Source: Patescibacteria group bacterium (lineage in GTDB: Bacteria > Patescibacteriota > Patescibacteriia > UBA10025 > JAHIVO01). From it: a DNA stretch of 64,000 nucleotides. The translations under genes and the position numbers were made by a program. The DNA lies in contig JBAZWB010000001.1 in assembly GCA_041660605.1 (NCBI GenBank), positions 558,503 to 622,502 on the forward strand, read 5' to 3'. Positions 28,684-37,528 of the stretch are shown piece after piece. Under the pieces are notes generated by a model, which saw only the letters and a program-made list of their open reading frames with translations, did no database searches and was not told the origin of the DNA. How positions within the stretch are numbered: position 1 is the first letter of the stretch; each line of letters starts with the position of its first letter.

Positions 28684-29070
28684 TTATTGCTTTAGTTTTC
28701 TTTTTTTCTCCCAATTACGCACAGAAGCTTCATCCATGCCGAAATAATGGCCGATTTCATGATGCACTACGCTAAAAATAAGCCGTTTGACTTTTGTTTC
28801 ATCAGCACCAGCGATCAGTTCGATCGATCTTTTGAATATGGTGATTTTATCAGGCAGTACCCCGCTATAATATCCGCTTCTCTTGGTCAGCGGCACTCCC
28901 TGGTATAAGCCCAGCAATATTCTTCCGGATTTGATATATTTTTCATTTGACTGGGCGTTTCTGACATCTTCTTCCACTACAAATGCAAGATTTTCTATTT
29001 TTTTTCTTAGTTCCAGGGGTACTTTCTCAACCGCCTGTTTTACGTATTCTTCGAATTCCTGCAATTCCAT
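28684..29070 (-). CDS. Minimal zincin metallopeptidase (Zincin_1-like)
   Basis: LLGLYQG, PDKITIF and HEIGHYFG. Confidence 0.88.
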   Translation of the reverse strand: MELQEFEEYVKQAVEKVPLELRKKIENLAFVVEEDVRNAQSNEKYIKSGRILLGLYQGVPLTKRSGYYSGVLPDKITIFKRSIELIAGADETKVKRLIFSVVHHEIGHYFGMDEASVRNWEKKRKLKQ

Positions 29071-29082
29071 TTGAAGTTTAAA

Positions 29083-29802
29083 TTAAAATTTGACTGGTAT
29101 CTCCAGCTGTTTTTGATTGGCGTTCAATCCTGAAGGATTTTCATTATTTATAAAAATATTTCCCTGGCTGGTTTGCGGGTCGGAGAATTCCAGCTTCAGT
29201 GTAAACGGCACGAAATCAGTAGTCATCCATTCATCCTGAGCGCTGGCGTTTCCGCTGCCAATGATGGCCCCGTTTGCATTTTTTACAGTTACCGGCATTA
29301 CCGCTTCAAAAAACCAGGTCCCGCGTGCCTGCCCGCTGATAGTAATCGGACTGGAAATTTTTTGATTTGGACGCGGGTTATCAACTTTTATTTCATCTGT
29401 CATTTCCAATTCGTTGCCGATGTTTTGCGTATAAGTCTGGCCACCGGGCACGGCGCATCGGGACGGATAACTTTCCATAACAGGATAGCCGGCAGCCACG
29501 CAATCATCATATGAAGTTATGTTTACCTGAGAATTAGAATTACTAGTATTTACAGATGGGTTTGAATTTTGATTATTTGAATTGCCGCATTTTCCAGTTG
29601 GTGCAAGGGAGGCTGGGTTACCATGCTTCACCCATTGGCTATTACTGCAGACCCAGGTATCCTCTTCGGTATTAAAGCGTACGACTACCAGTATCAGCCC
29701 GGCAATAATGATTATACTGCCCAGGATCAAATAGACTTTTTTTTGTTTTTTTGTTGCTGTCATAATAGCATGAATGTGAATGATTATGCCTTCAATATAC
29801 AT
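29083..29802 (-). CDS. Membrane-anchored Gmad2 Ig-like domain protein
   Basis: TM, WVKHGNP, CVAAGYPVMESYP, ARGTWFFEA, WMTTDFVPF and NPSG; true start may be 29763. Confidence 0.78.
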   Translation of the reverse strand: MYIEGIIIHIHAIMTATKKQKKVYLILGSIIIIAGLILVVVRFNTEEDTWVCSNSQWVKHGNPASLAPTGKCGNSNNQNSNPSVNTSNSNSQVNITSYDDCVAAGYPVMESYPSRCAVPGGQTYTQNIGNELEMTDEIKVDNPRPNQKISSPITISGQARGTWFFEAVMPVTVKNANGAIIGSGNASAQDEWMTTDFVPFTLKLEFSDPQTSQGNIFINNENPSGLNANQKQLEIPVKF

Positions 29803-29829
29803 TTATTTAAATGAGATGGCAATGATTGA

Positions 29830-29996
29830 TTGACATTATTACCGGCATCTGATAAGTTTATTCCATATGATTTGGTTAAATAAAGTTATCTCAGAAAAAT
29901 ATTACCGTAGTGCTTTTGTCACACTTCAGAAGCGACGGTAATTATATTTGTTAAATCTAGTTATTAAAAATACCGCCATCTGAAGGCGGTTTTTTT
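29830..29996 (+). promoter_or_regulatory. Promoter, leader peptide (29867-29941) and attenuator
   Basis: TTGACA-N17-TAAGTT; leader MIWLNKVISEKYYRSAFVTLQKRR; 1:2 attaccgt/acggtaat and gcttttg/cagaagc; 2:3 cttcaga/tctgaag and cggta/taccg; 3:4 accgcc-N7-ggcggt plus U tract. Confidence 0.75.
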
Positions 29997-30022
29997 GTAA
30001 TTCTAAAATCCTGGAGGAAAAG

Positions 30023-30244
30023 ATGAAACAAACACAAAAACAGCACGTTACCGGCAAGCGTACGTTTAAAAAGGAAGGAAGGGTTTTTTGCAAATGTTCT
30101 TGCGGGTTCACCCATCCGGTAGAACCTGATGGTACAATTTGTTTTGGCAATGGGCTTGATGAAGCAGGCCATATTCGGCCACTGCAAAGTGATCATCGTG
30201 ATCAGCTTTATCTCATGTCCACGCCCAAACCATATGAGTATTAG
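30023..30244 (+). CDS. Small Cys/His-rich orphan protein (73 aa)
   Basis: GGAGG RBS; CKCSCGFTH...C...H; terminator acggagaaag...ctttctccgt at 30263-30289. Confidence 0.65.
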   Translation: MKQTQKQHVTGKRTFKKEGRVFCKCSCGFTHPVEPDGTICFGNGLDEAGHIRPLQSDHRDQLYLMSTPKPYEY

Positions 30245-30379
30245 TAGTTGACTTAAAATAATACGGAGAAAGTTATTGGCTTTCTCCGTTTTTTGTAGCA
30301 AAGTCTTGGTGTACTGATTGGGAAGTCAAACATTGATGCAATCCCGTTGATTGCTTGTCTAAACATTTTAGAATCCTTT

Positions 30380-30844
30380 CTAATATGAGTTGCCCCGGTT
30401 TTCAGACGGTTTCACTCCTGCTTTGGTATTGCCGTTCTCCAGGCGGAAAAAGGCAATCTTAGATACTATCGTACCAATATAGGGGAGGAGTACCAAAATA
30501 CAGGTTTCCATCATCCTCTTTGATACGCAGTATCTGCTATGCGTACTGAATTCGACGATAAACATCATTAGCAGAGTCAACCACCAGCCAATGACGAAAA
30601 GTTCACCTCTGCGCTTTTTAGTGTTTCTCCTTAACCAACGGTCTACCTCTTTGCGCAGAACATAGATCAGGATTAACAGCAAATAAGCGAATGGCATACT
30701 GCCCGGAATGCTGAAGTTGTCGAAGTGCAGAAATTCCAGTAAGCACATGGCAAATTGCACTACAGTCCAAATGCTAAGGAACCAAAAGATGCAGCTTAGC
30801 TTTTTGACTGATTTACATACCGACCCGTTTGGCGATTTTGACAT
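30380..30844 (-). CDS. Hypothetical 4-TM membrane protein
   Basis: AGGAG RBS; upstream promoter TTGATT-N17-TACAAT. Confidence 0.65.
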   Translation of the reverse strand: MSKSPNGSVCKSVKKLSCIFWFLSIWTVVQFAMCLLEFLHFDNFSIPGSMPFAYLLLILIYVLRKEVDRWLRRNTKKRRGELFVIGWWLTLLMMFIVEFSTHSRYCVSKRMMETCILVLLPYIGTIVSKIAFFRLENGNTKAGVKPSENRGNSY

Positions 30845-31249
30845 TTCGAATCACTCCTTTCACGATTGTCCCACCTAGCTGTTCCAGAGCGAATGTCAGT
30901 CGCATTAAATACAACAAAAATTGGCACCAAGACTTTGTAAACGTGCTGTTTTTCTTTGTATTAAATTAATATTACATTGTAAGCCCAATGTAGCAAAAAA
31001 TCAAGACCCCTAAAGTGCATAAGCTGTTCATTAGTCTGTTTTTTGGCTGAGTTGAGGCTTGAATTATAGTACTTTTTATTAATCAAAATTGTTTTCTAAT
31101 AACGAGATAAAATAAGATTCGAAAGCAATAATGTCATAGCAGTTACAATATACCGCGTACTAGGGGGTTGTTTTTTTATGGGTAATTTATTAATATATTT
31201 ATATCAGGCATGTTTTAATCTTTTTTTGTACCTTTATTTGGAGGATTTC

Positions 31250-31411
31250 ATGAAAAATGGTGGAGATTCCAGAAACTTAGTCTCTAAAACGGGAAATCGA
31301 CAAGTAGGTCAGCCCCGAAAGTGCGACAATACTCCTGGCTCGCGTGCGTGCAAAGATTGCCAAAAAAAACAGTCATCTGTATGCAGAGATTGCCGGGCTG
31401 AAGGTAAGTAA
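31250..31411 (+). CDS. Small Cys-rich orphan (C...CxxC...CxxC)
   Basis: GGAGG RBS before ATG 31250; terminator hairpin agtggagccgc...gtggttccact follows. Confidence 0.55.
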   Translation: MKNGGDSRNLVSKTGNRQVGQPRKCDNTPGSRACKDCQKKQSSVCRDCRAEGK

Positions 31412-31500
31412 AATGAAACAGAACATAGTGGAGCCGCGATAGGTGGTTCCACTTTTATTTAATATGAATCATTGAGCACTACGTTTTTAATAAAGACTAA

Positions 31501-31758
31501 CTATTTTTTTAGCCAAAGCGCTTTGAATAACGACAAGGTAAGGGTGGAAAGCAGAAACGCCACTGCCGGTACAATGGCATTGAGCCAGGGATGCGGCAGT
31601 TTGGCAAACAGGAAAAATACCACGATTACCAGGTAAGTCAGAATTAAAATAATAACTTTCCTGATCCAACTGGTTTCCCAAGCTTTATCAGCTTCTACAC
31701 GCCGGTTGCGGGCGTTAATTTCATTGATTTGATTTTGCAGATCGTCGATAGTAGTCAT
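31501..31758 (-). CDS. Small 2-TM protein
   Basis: RNRRVEADKAWETS followed by two TM segments. Confidence 0.7.
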   Translation of the reverse strand: MTTIDDLQNQINEINARNRRVEADKAWETSWIRKVIILILTYLVIVVFFLFAKLPHPWLNAIVPAVAFLLSTLTLSLFKALWLKK

Positions 31759-31761
31759 AAT

Positions 31762-32226
31762 TTATGGTTTTAATAAAGGTTCCATTGTAGTATTGTGCTG
31801 AAGTGTTTGTTTTCTGTGATAAGTGTACCATTCACTGATGATAATGTAGGCAACGGAAACAATCCATTCAAGTAGCGGCCATTGAAGTAATAAGTATAAT
31901 AATATAACCGAAAAAATAAAAAATACAAAGGGAAGCGCCCAAGTGCTCATATGTATCGCTAGGGATGGCTGTTGTCGTTGAAGGCTAGTAACATTGTGCC
32001 AAATTGTATTCACTATAATACCCAGGACGGCAACGGCAATCATCAATAGTGTGCCAATCCAGAATATTCCGTTATTGTTTAGTACGCCGTTTGTGCCGAA
32101 TAAGTAGAGAAATACCGGTGCCGATAACGCAAGATATAGCACGCGCAGTAAGATTGTAAAAACAATATTAAGATTTTTAATACGCGATCGCAACTGTTCA
32201 GGTGAAATATTTTTAGTTTCGTTCAT
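31762..32226 (-). CDS. Hypothetical membrane protein
   Basis: About 4 TM segments. Confidence 0.6.
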   Translation of the reverse strand: MNETKNISPEQLRSRIKNLNIVFTILLRVLYLALSAPVFLYLFGTNGVLNNNGIFWIGTLLMIAVAVLGIIVNTIWHNVTSLQRQQPSLAIHMSTWALPFVFFIFSVILLYLLLQWPLLEWIVSVAYIIISEWYTYHRKQTLQHNTTMEPLLKP

Positions 32227-32303
32227 GGCGATGTAAATTACAATTAATTATTTTTTTGGCTTATTTTTGCCACTGGAAGAAAGTAGCTTTTAGGAGGTAT
32301 ATG

Positions 32304-32945
32304 TTATTTAAGTAAATTAATAATCTCCAAATGATCTTTAATTATATAATCCGGATGAAAAGCTTGCAATGAATCCAGCGAATAAAATTTTTCATGTTCT
32401 GGAGGATGATAAAGAGCTACCTGGCATTTCATCGATTTAGCGGCTTGAATGTCATTTGCGGCGTCTCCGATTACCAAGACATTTACCGGATCAACGCCGG
32501 CTTTATGGGCAAGAGTTTGAAAAATTATCGGTTTTTCAAACGGGCAATCGTCATAGCTTAAAATTACCTTGAAATATTGCTTAAGTTTAAAACGTTCCAA
32601 CGCTAGTTCAAAATTTGTTTGGCGCGCCAAAGAGCCAAGGCAAATGGTATAACCTTGATTTGTAAGTGCTTTTAAAGTCTCAATAATGTTTTTGTGTAAT
32701 TCAGCCTTTCTAAATCCTAGTCGTGCGCCTTCGTGATAATAATTTGAAAATGCCTCAACGTCTTTTATGCCAAAATTATGAGCGGCCACTTCATTCACAA
32801 TATTAAAGCACTTGCTGATAATTTCCTCGTCAGATGCTTCCAAGCCAAATTTGGCTATCGTTTTTCTGTATGCTTTTAGATGCCAGGGCAGAGTATCGAG
32901 TATTGTGCCGTCAAAATCGTAGATAATTGCTTGCGGTTTTTTCAT
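32304..32945 (-). CDS. HAD superfamily phosphatase
   Basis: DFDGT, KP and IGDAAND motifs. Confidence 0.9.
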   Translation of the reverse strand: MKKPQAIIYDFDGTILDTLPWHLKAYRKTIAKFGLEASDEEIISKCFNIVNEVAAHNFGIKDVEAFSNYYHEGARLGFRKAELHKNIIETLKALTNQGYTICLGSLARQTNFELALERFKLKQYFKVILSYDDCPFEKPIIFQTLAHKAGVDPVNVLVIGDAANDIQAAKSMKCQVALYHPPEHEKFYSLDSLQAFHPDYIIKDHLEIINLLK

Positions 32946-33071
32946 ACGTCAATAGATATTATTTTAAGAATATTTATATTTATTAATTTATTATATTAGG
33001 TATTGACAATTATTAAGAGAAATGATAGATTATGTCGATATATTGAACCTTATATTAGTTTGGAGGAAAAA

Positions 33072-33452
33072 ATGCCAGAAACGATCGAGCAATGCTGTTC
33101 AGTACCAAAATGGCATTGGTATAACATCATGAGTGATCTTGACGTGCAAGGGGGTTTGCCTGGTGTAGTCATCGATCCACTTTCGGTTGAAGAGTGTGGT
33201 TGTGGCGGTACGACCACGGCTGGTACAAAGTTTTACATAACCTGGGTCAAGGACAAGTTTCTCCTTTTGAGCGTATCTCAGCAGGAGCAGGCGCTTGTCG
33301 ACGCATTCGCCAAAGTCGTTGGGTATCAACCATTTTGCCGGTATATCTCTACTAAGGGTGGTTTGCTCACGATTGAGTGGGACAAGCAGGATCCGACTGG
33401 TCGGTATTCTGAACTTGAAACTGAGGGTGTAAAAGATCTGCAGTGTCTTTAA
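33072..33452 (+). CDS. Hypothetical soluble protein
   Basis: TTGACA-N17-TAGATT at 33003, GGAGG RBS before ATG 33072, terminator gatcgtcctgat...atcgggacgatc plus T tract. Confidence 0.7.
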   Translation: MPETIEQCCSVPKWHWYNIMSDLDVQGGLPGVVIDPLSVEECGCGGTTTAGTKFYITWVKDKFLLLSVSQQEQALVDAFAKVVGYQPFCRYISTKGGLLTIEWDKQDPTGRYSELETEGVKDLQCL

Positions 33453-33511
33453 TAACTCTCACTAAGAAGGTTTGATCGTCCTGATGGGTATCGGGACGAT
33501 CTTTTTTATAA

Positions 33512-34570
33512 TTAAAACCCAAACCCGCGTTCCAATTTTTCATACCCGCCTCCAGGCAAAGAGCGGTAATAGCCTGAACCCTGCGGACCGCCGTCCCACT
33601 GGGAATTAAGCGGGGCTTCGTAATGCTCGCCGGTGGTTGGTGAATATACATTTTCATAACCCATGATCGCCTCCGTCCATTTATCCGACAGCGATACCTC
33701 GGGATTATCAGCACTATCAGAAGGGTCTGGCGTAGAAACGTCAACGCTGGAAGTTACCGGCCGCAGCTGTGAAACGCACCGGATGGTTAAAGCAACCGAA
33801 AAGGGGAGTGCGCCGCTAGAATCCCATTTATCGTTTGGCGTGTCCGCCATATATACTGACACCACATACGTGGTTGGGTCACTAAAATTATATGTCTTAT
33901 AAATAATCGCTCCTTGCCTGCCGGTTGAAGTAGTGAAATCGCGCTGGATAAAACCCTCGTAAATATCTTTTGGCTCACCAAGCGTAAAACCGCCGCTGGT
34001 AAAAGAACCGGTAAACGCATAGCTCAGCCAAGCGGTTAAAAACGATTCAGCGTCCGGATACATATATTTATACACCACGGCAATGCCCCAACCGGCGTGT
34101 TGGGATTTATCCGGCGAATACAGGTCTGTGCCGGTGCTTTCCGCGTTGCCGGTAAATGACCAATCTTCCGGCGCCAGTGCCTGGCAATGACCGGTTTGTT
34201 TTTCAATCAATTGAACAGCCGTATCATTTATTGTTTTGGCGGCGATTATGACATTCTGCTGATTTGAATTAACTGCTGTGTTAATTACAGTTTGATTCGT
34301 GTTGCCGTTGGTTTGCACGACTACCTGGCTGGCGTTAGTATTGCCGTTAACATTAGTATTTTGATTGGCAATAGTATTATTTACAACCGTAATATCTGAG
34401 TTTGCATTACTATTGGCGACTACGATAGATTTGTTTGATTCATTTGAATTTTTATTTGTTTTCATAAGCACAACTACGACGACAGCCAGTCCGATAATTA
34501 TAATTGCCATTACCAGTAAAATGATTTTAATGTTCTTTGGTGAATTTTTGATCGGGTTTTGATCTGGCAT
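33512..34570 (-). CDS. Membrane-anchored protein with Asn/Thr-rich linker
   Basis: N-terminal TM, low-complexity linker, globular C-terminal domain. Confidence 0.7.
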   Translation of the reverse strand: MPDQNPIKNSPKNIKIILLVMAIIIIGLAVVVVVLMKTNKNSNESNKSIVVANSNANSDITVVNNTIANQNTNVNGNTNASQVVVQTNGNTNQTVINTAVNSNQQNVIIAAKTINDTAVQLIEKQTGHCQALAPEDWSFTGNAESTGTDLYSPDKSQHAGWGIAVVYKYMYPDAESFLTAWLSYAFTGSFTSGGFTLGEPKDIYEGFIQRDFTTSTGRQGAIIYKTYNFSDPTTYVVSVYMADTPNDKWDSSGALPFSVALTIRCVSQLRPVTSSVDVSTPDPSDSADNPEVSLSDKWTEAIMGYENVYSPTTGEHYEAPLNSQWDGGPQGSGYYRSLPGGGYEKLERGFGF

Positions 34571-34579
34571 AAATATTAA

Positions 34580-35353
34580 TTAATATTTTAGCGTATTTTT
34601 AATTATTTCAATTAATTTATCGTGTATTATTCCATTGGAGATTAAACCGCCTTTTGTCGGACCATCGTATTTTTGATCATTGCCGAACATATCGGTAACT
34701 TTACCTCCGGCTTCTTCAATAATGATTTTTTGCGCGGCAATGTCCCAGGGCGTGTTATGCGGAAATATATTGGCTACCGCTTCGCCACTGGCCACCAGAG
34801 CGCCTAAATAAGAAGTAGAGCCGGTTTGCATATTCATGCCCAATGAAATCAATTTAGTAACGGTGCCTGTCAGATCGTAGGTTGAATTATTCCAGACACA
34901 GATGCCGATTAAATTTCTGGAAATTGCCGCAACTTTTGAAACATGGATTTGTTCGTCATTCAAAAAAGCCCCTTTATTTTTTTCGGCAAAATAAAGACGG
35001 TCTGTAAATGGATTATAAATTACTCCTAATATTGGCTGGCCGTTCCTTAACAATGCAAGAGTGAAACAACAAACAGTCATTCCCGCAGAAAACGGTATGG
35101 TGCCGTCCAGAGGATCGCAAATCCAGACATACTCCGCTTTTTCGCTAAAACTTCCGCCTTCCTCACCGATAAAACCGTGGTTGGGAAATTCTTTCTTAAT
35201 GCTGTTTAATACCAAAAGATTTACTGTCTTGTCCACAATAGTCACAGGGGATTCATCGTGCTTGATTTCAATCTCGTGTTTGGTATTAAAATGCTGAGAA
35301 ATTATTTTACCGGCTTGCTCGGCCAGAGAAAGAGAAAAAGATTTGGGAGTCAT
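34580..35353 (-). CDS. Inositol monophosphatase family protein
   Basis: GEE, WICDPLDGT, PWDIAA and EAGG motifs. Confidence 0.92.
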   Translation of the reverse strand: MTPKSFSLSLAEQAGKIISQHFNTKHEIEIKHDESPVTIVDKTVNLLVLNSIKKEFPNHGFIGEEGGSFSEKAEYVWICDPLDGTIPFSAGMTVCCFTLALLRNGQPILGVIYNPFTDRLYFAEKNKGAFLNDEQIHVSKVAAISRNLIGICVWNNSTYDLTGTVTKLISLGMNMQTGSTSYLGALVASGEAVANIFPHNTPWDIAAQKIIIEEAGGKVTDMFGNDQKYDGPTKGGLISNGIIHDKLIEIIKNTLKY

Positions 35354-35437
35354 AGTTTATTTAAGTTTAATATTTGTTTGAATATTCTTACGTGTCCGTC
35401 GAAGTAAAGCATAGGTGGAAGAATATTAGAATGTGAT

Positions 35438-35464
35438 ATAGGAACGTTCGTCCGAACGTTCGAA
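35438..35464. repeat. Palindromic repeat copy 1 (ATAGGAACGTTCG-NN-CGAACGTTCGAA)
   Basis: 25/27 identical to 37488-37514. Confidence 0.8.
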
Positions 35465-35486
35465 TGTTATTTTAAAGCGAATAATA

Positions 35487-36230
35487 TTATTTCTTTCTTG
35501 CCATAATTAAAATAGTTTTAATGGGAATTCGGATGGTTTTAGGATATTGATTAAGTTTTTGATGCAATTCAGCCAATGCCTGCTTCTTTCGTTTTTTAGA
35601 TAACGCCAGATACCAGGAAAATGATGTTTGCATGCTGATATAATCCGCTCTGCCCATTCGTATAGTTCGTCGGTACTCTTTGGTTGTTGCGTCAGTAAAA
35701 TTATGATGCCGTTTTAATCGTTGTATTATCTCTATTGCTTTTCCACCTTTGGCTGAGGAGTATTTTTTGTGCAGTTTCATGGCCCATTTGCCAATACCTT
35801 TATTATAATAATTAAAGTTCCAGAAGAGCGCCAGTACACCGCCGGGTTTGAGCAAAGCGCGGGTTTTGGTGAATTGAATGCCGGGCTTGATCCAATGAAA
35901 CGATTGCGCTGAATAAATAAGCTTAAAGTGGTTTTTCGGTAGTTTAATATTCTCAAATTGGCCGATTATGTACTTCATCCGCTGGTAGCGCTTTAATTTC
36001 TCTTTCGCGATACTGACCAGCTCCCGGCTAATGTCATTCGCAATTAAATGATTGCTGTAACGCACGAACGGTAGTGTTGCTTTTCCTGTACCAATCCCAA
36101 TTTCCAAAACCGGATCATTTTTTGTCAATTTACTGTATCTAATAATATCGCGAAAAAGGGGATCAGGGTACCCAAGCCGAGCCTTATCATATTGTTTTGG
36201 TATAGTGCTGAATGTTTCCTTGAGTTTCAC
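35487..36230 (-). CDS. Class I SAM-dependent methyltransferase
   Basis: VLEIGIGTGKAT, AQSFHW and LLKPGG. Confidence 0.9.
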   Translation of the reverse strand: MKLKETFSTIPKQYDKARLGYPDPLFRDIIRYSKLTKNDPVLEIGIGTGKATLPFVRYSNHLIANDISRELVSIAKEKLKRYQRMKYIIGQFENIKLPKNHFKLIYSAQSFHWIKPGIQFTKTRALLKPGGVLALFWNFNYYNKGIGKWAMKLHKKYSSAKGGKAIEIIQRLKRHHNFTDATTKEYRRTIRMGRADYISMQTSFSWYLALSKKRKKQALAELHQKLNQYPKTIRIPIKTILIMARKK

Positions 36231-36231
36231 G

Positions 36232-36939
36232 TTAAATTATTTTATTTGTTTTTGGTGAATGTAGTAATATTTTGTTTGTAATCAGACTTAGAGCGTATGT
36301 GACTAAAGATGCGCCTATTAACATATTTATTATAAGATGTAGCCATGCATGGTTAATTATAATCAAAGTTATCGTTTCTGCCATACTAGTATTGTTTTTT
36401 TGTAATTCTAAAAAATAATCTGATACTCTGGGAGTAAGCACTAAAAAAAGAATTAAAAATAAAACTATAAATCCCACAACTACAGTTTTATTTACACTCC
36501 ATTTAAATTTATCCTTTAGCCAGATAAAAAAGCCGACACATAAAGGTAGCCAGCCTATCTGTATAAAGAAATAAAGGATGATCTTATCTACATCATGAAA
36601 AAAAGTTTCCACACTATCAGCAATGCCCGGGATAATATACGACACAATTATAAGTATTGTTCCGGTTACCCAGTAACCTATAAAAATACCACAACTTAAC
36701 ATAACTAATGAATCAAATAAAGTATGTGTTTTTGAAAATCTTAAATAAATTGTTAAGGTTATAATTCCTAAAATCAATCCAATTAAATGGGGTAAAAAAG
36801 TAATTAAATTTGCATTTTGAATAAATAAGGTAAAGGTTCCTATAGCAATATATATTGAGGTAAATCCAAGCAATATGCCAAGGCAAATGTTACTAATATT
36901 CCGTTTTAAGTTGCTAAAATTTTCATTTGCTAATTGCAT
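36232..36939 (-). CDS. Hypothetical polytopic membrane protein
   Basis: About 6 TM segments, very AT-rich. Confidence 0.65.
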   Translation of the reverse strand: MQLANENFSNLKRNISNICLGILLGFTSIYIAIGTFTLFIQNANLITFLPHLIGLILGIITLTIYLRFSKTHTLFDSLVMLSCGIFIGYWVTGTILIIVSYIIPGIADSVETFFHDVDKIILYFFIQIGWLPLCVGFFIWLKDKFKWSVNKTVVVGFIVLFLILFLVLTPRVSDYFLELQKNNTSMAETITLIIINHAWLHLIINMLIGASLVTYALSLITNKILLHSPKTNKII

Positions 36940-36951
36940 ATTATTTATGAA

Positions 36952-37470
36952 TTATATATTTAATAATTTATTTGCCTGCAATAAAAATTCCAAGTCCCGT
37001 GCAAGTATAAAATTTCCATCATAATCAATCGGTTTATCGTTCTGCAGTAATTTTATTGCTTGGGGTAAGGGAGTCCACACTACTTCAAATTTACCATCTT
37101 TTTCCCATTTTGAAAGTTTTAGTTGTTTTTGTTCACCGACTGTTTTAACGATGTAGCAATATGATCGTCGATGTTCCTTTCGTTTGTCTTTGTATTCATC
37201 AATATATCCCAATTCAGAAGTAATTTTAACGTCATAGCCAACTTCTTCAAGACATTCGCGCAAGCAAGCTTGTTCGGATGTTTCTCCAGGTTCGATAGTA
37301 CCACCAGGAAGCTTGTGAATTTGATAAACGCCGGTTTTCATCAGCGCAACGTTATTTTGTATATCAAATATAACAGCACGGCTAGATTCTTGAAATGTAT
37401 AATTATTGCGTTTAATATCCTTAGCGTTTGGAAATAGATCTGAATCAGTTATTGTTTTTAAATGGGTCAT
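36952..37470 (-). CDS. Nudix hydrolase
   Basis: Nudix box GGTIEPGETSEQACLRECLEEVG. Confidence 0.92.
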   Translation of the reverse strand: MTHLKTITDSDLFPNAKDIKRNNYTFQESSRAVIFDIQNNVALMKTGVYQIHKLPGGTIEPGETSEQACLRECLEEVGYDVKITSELGYIDEYKDKRKEHRRSYCYIVKTVGEQKQLKLSKWEKDGKFEVVWTPLPQAIKLLQNDKPIDYDGNFILARDLEFLLQANKLLNI

Positions 37471-37487
37471 TTATGGTAGTTAATGTC

Positions 37488-37514
37488 ATAGGAACGTTCG
37501 CACGAACGTTCGAA
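37488..37514. repeat. Palindromic repeat copy 2
   Basis: ataggaacgttcgcacgaacgttcgaa. Confidence 0.8.
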
Positions 37515-37528
37515 CGTGTTAAATCATT

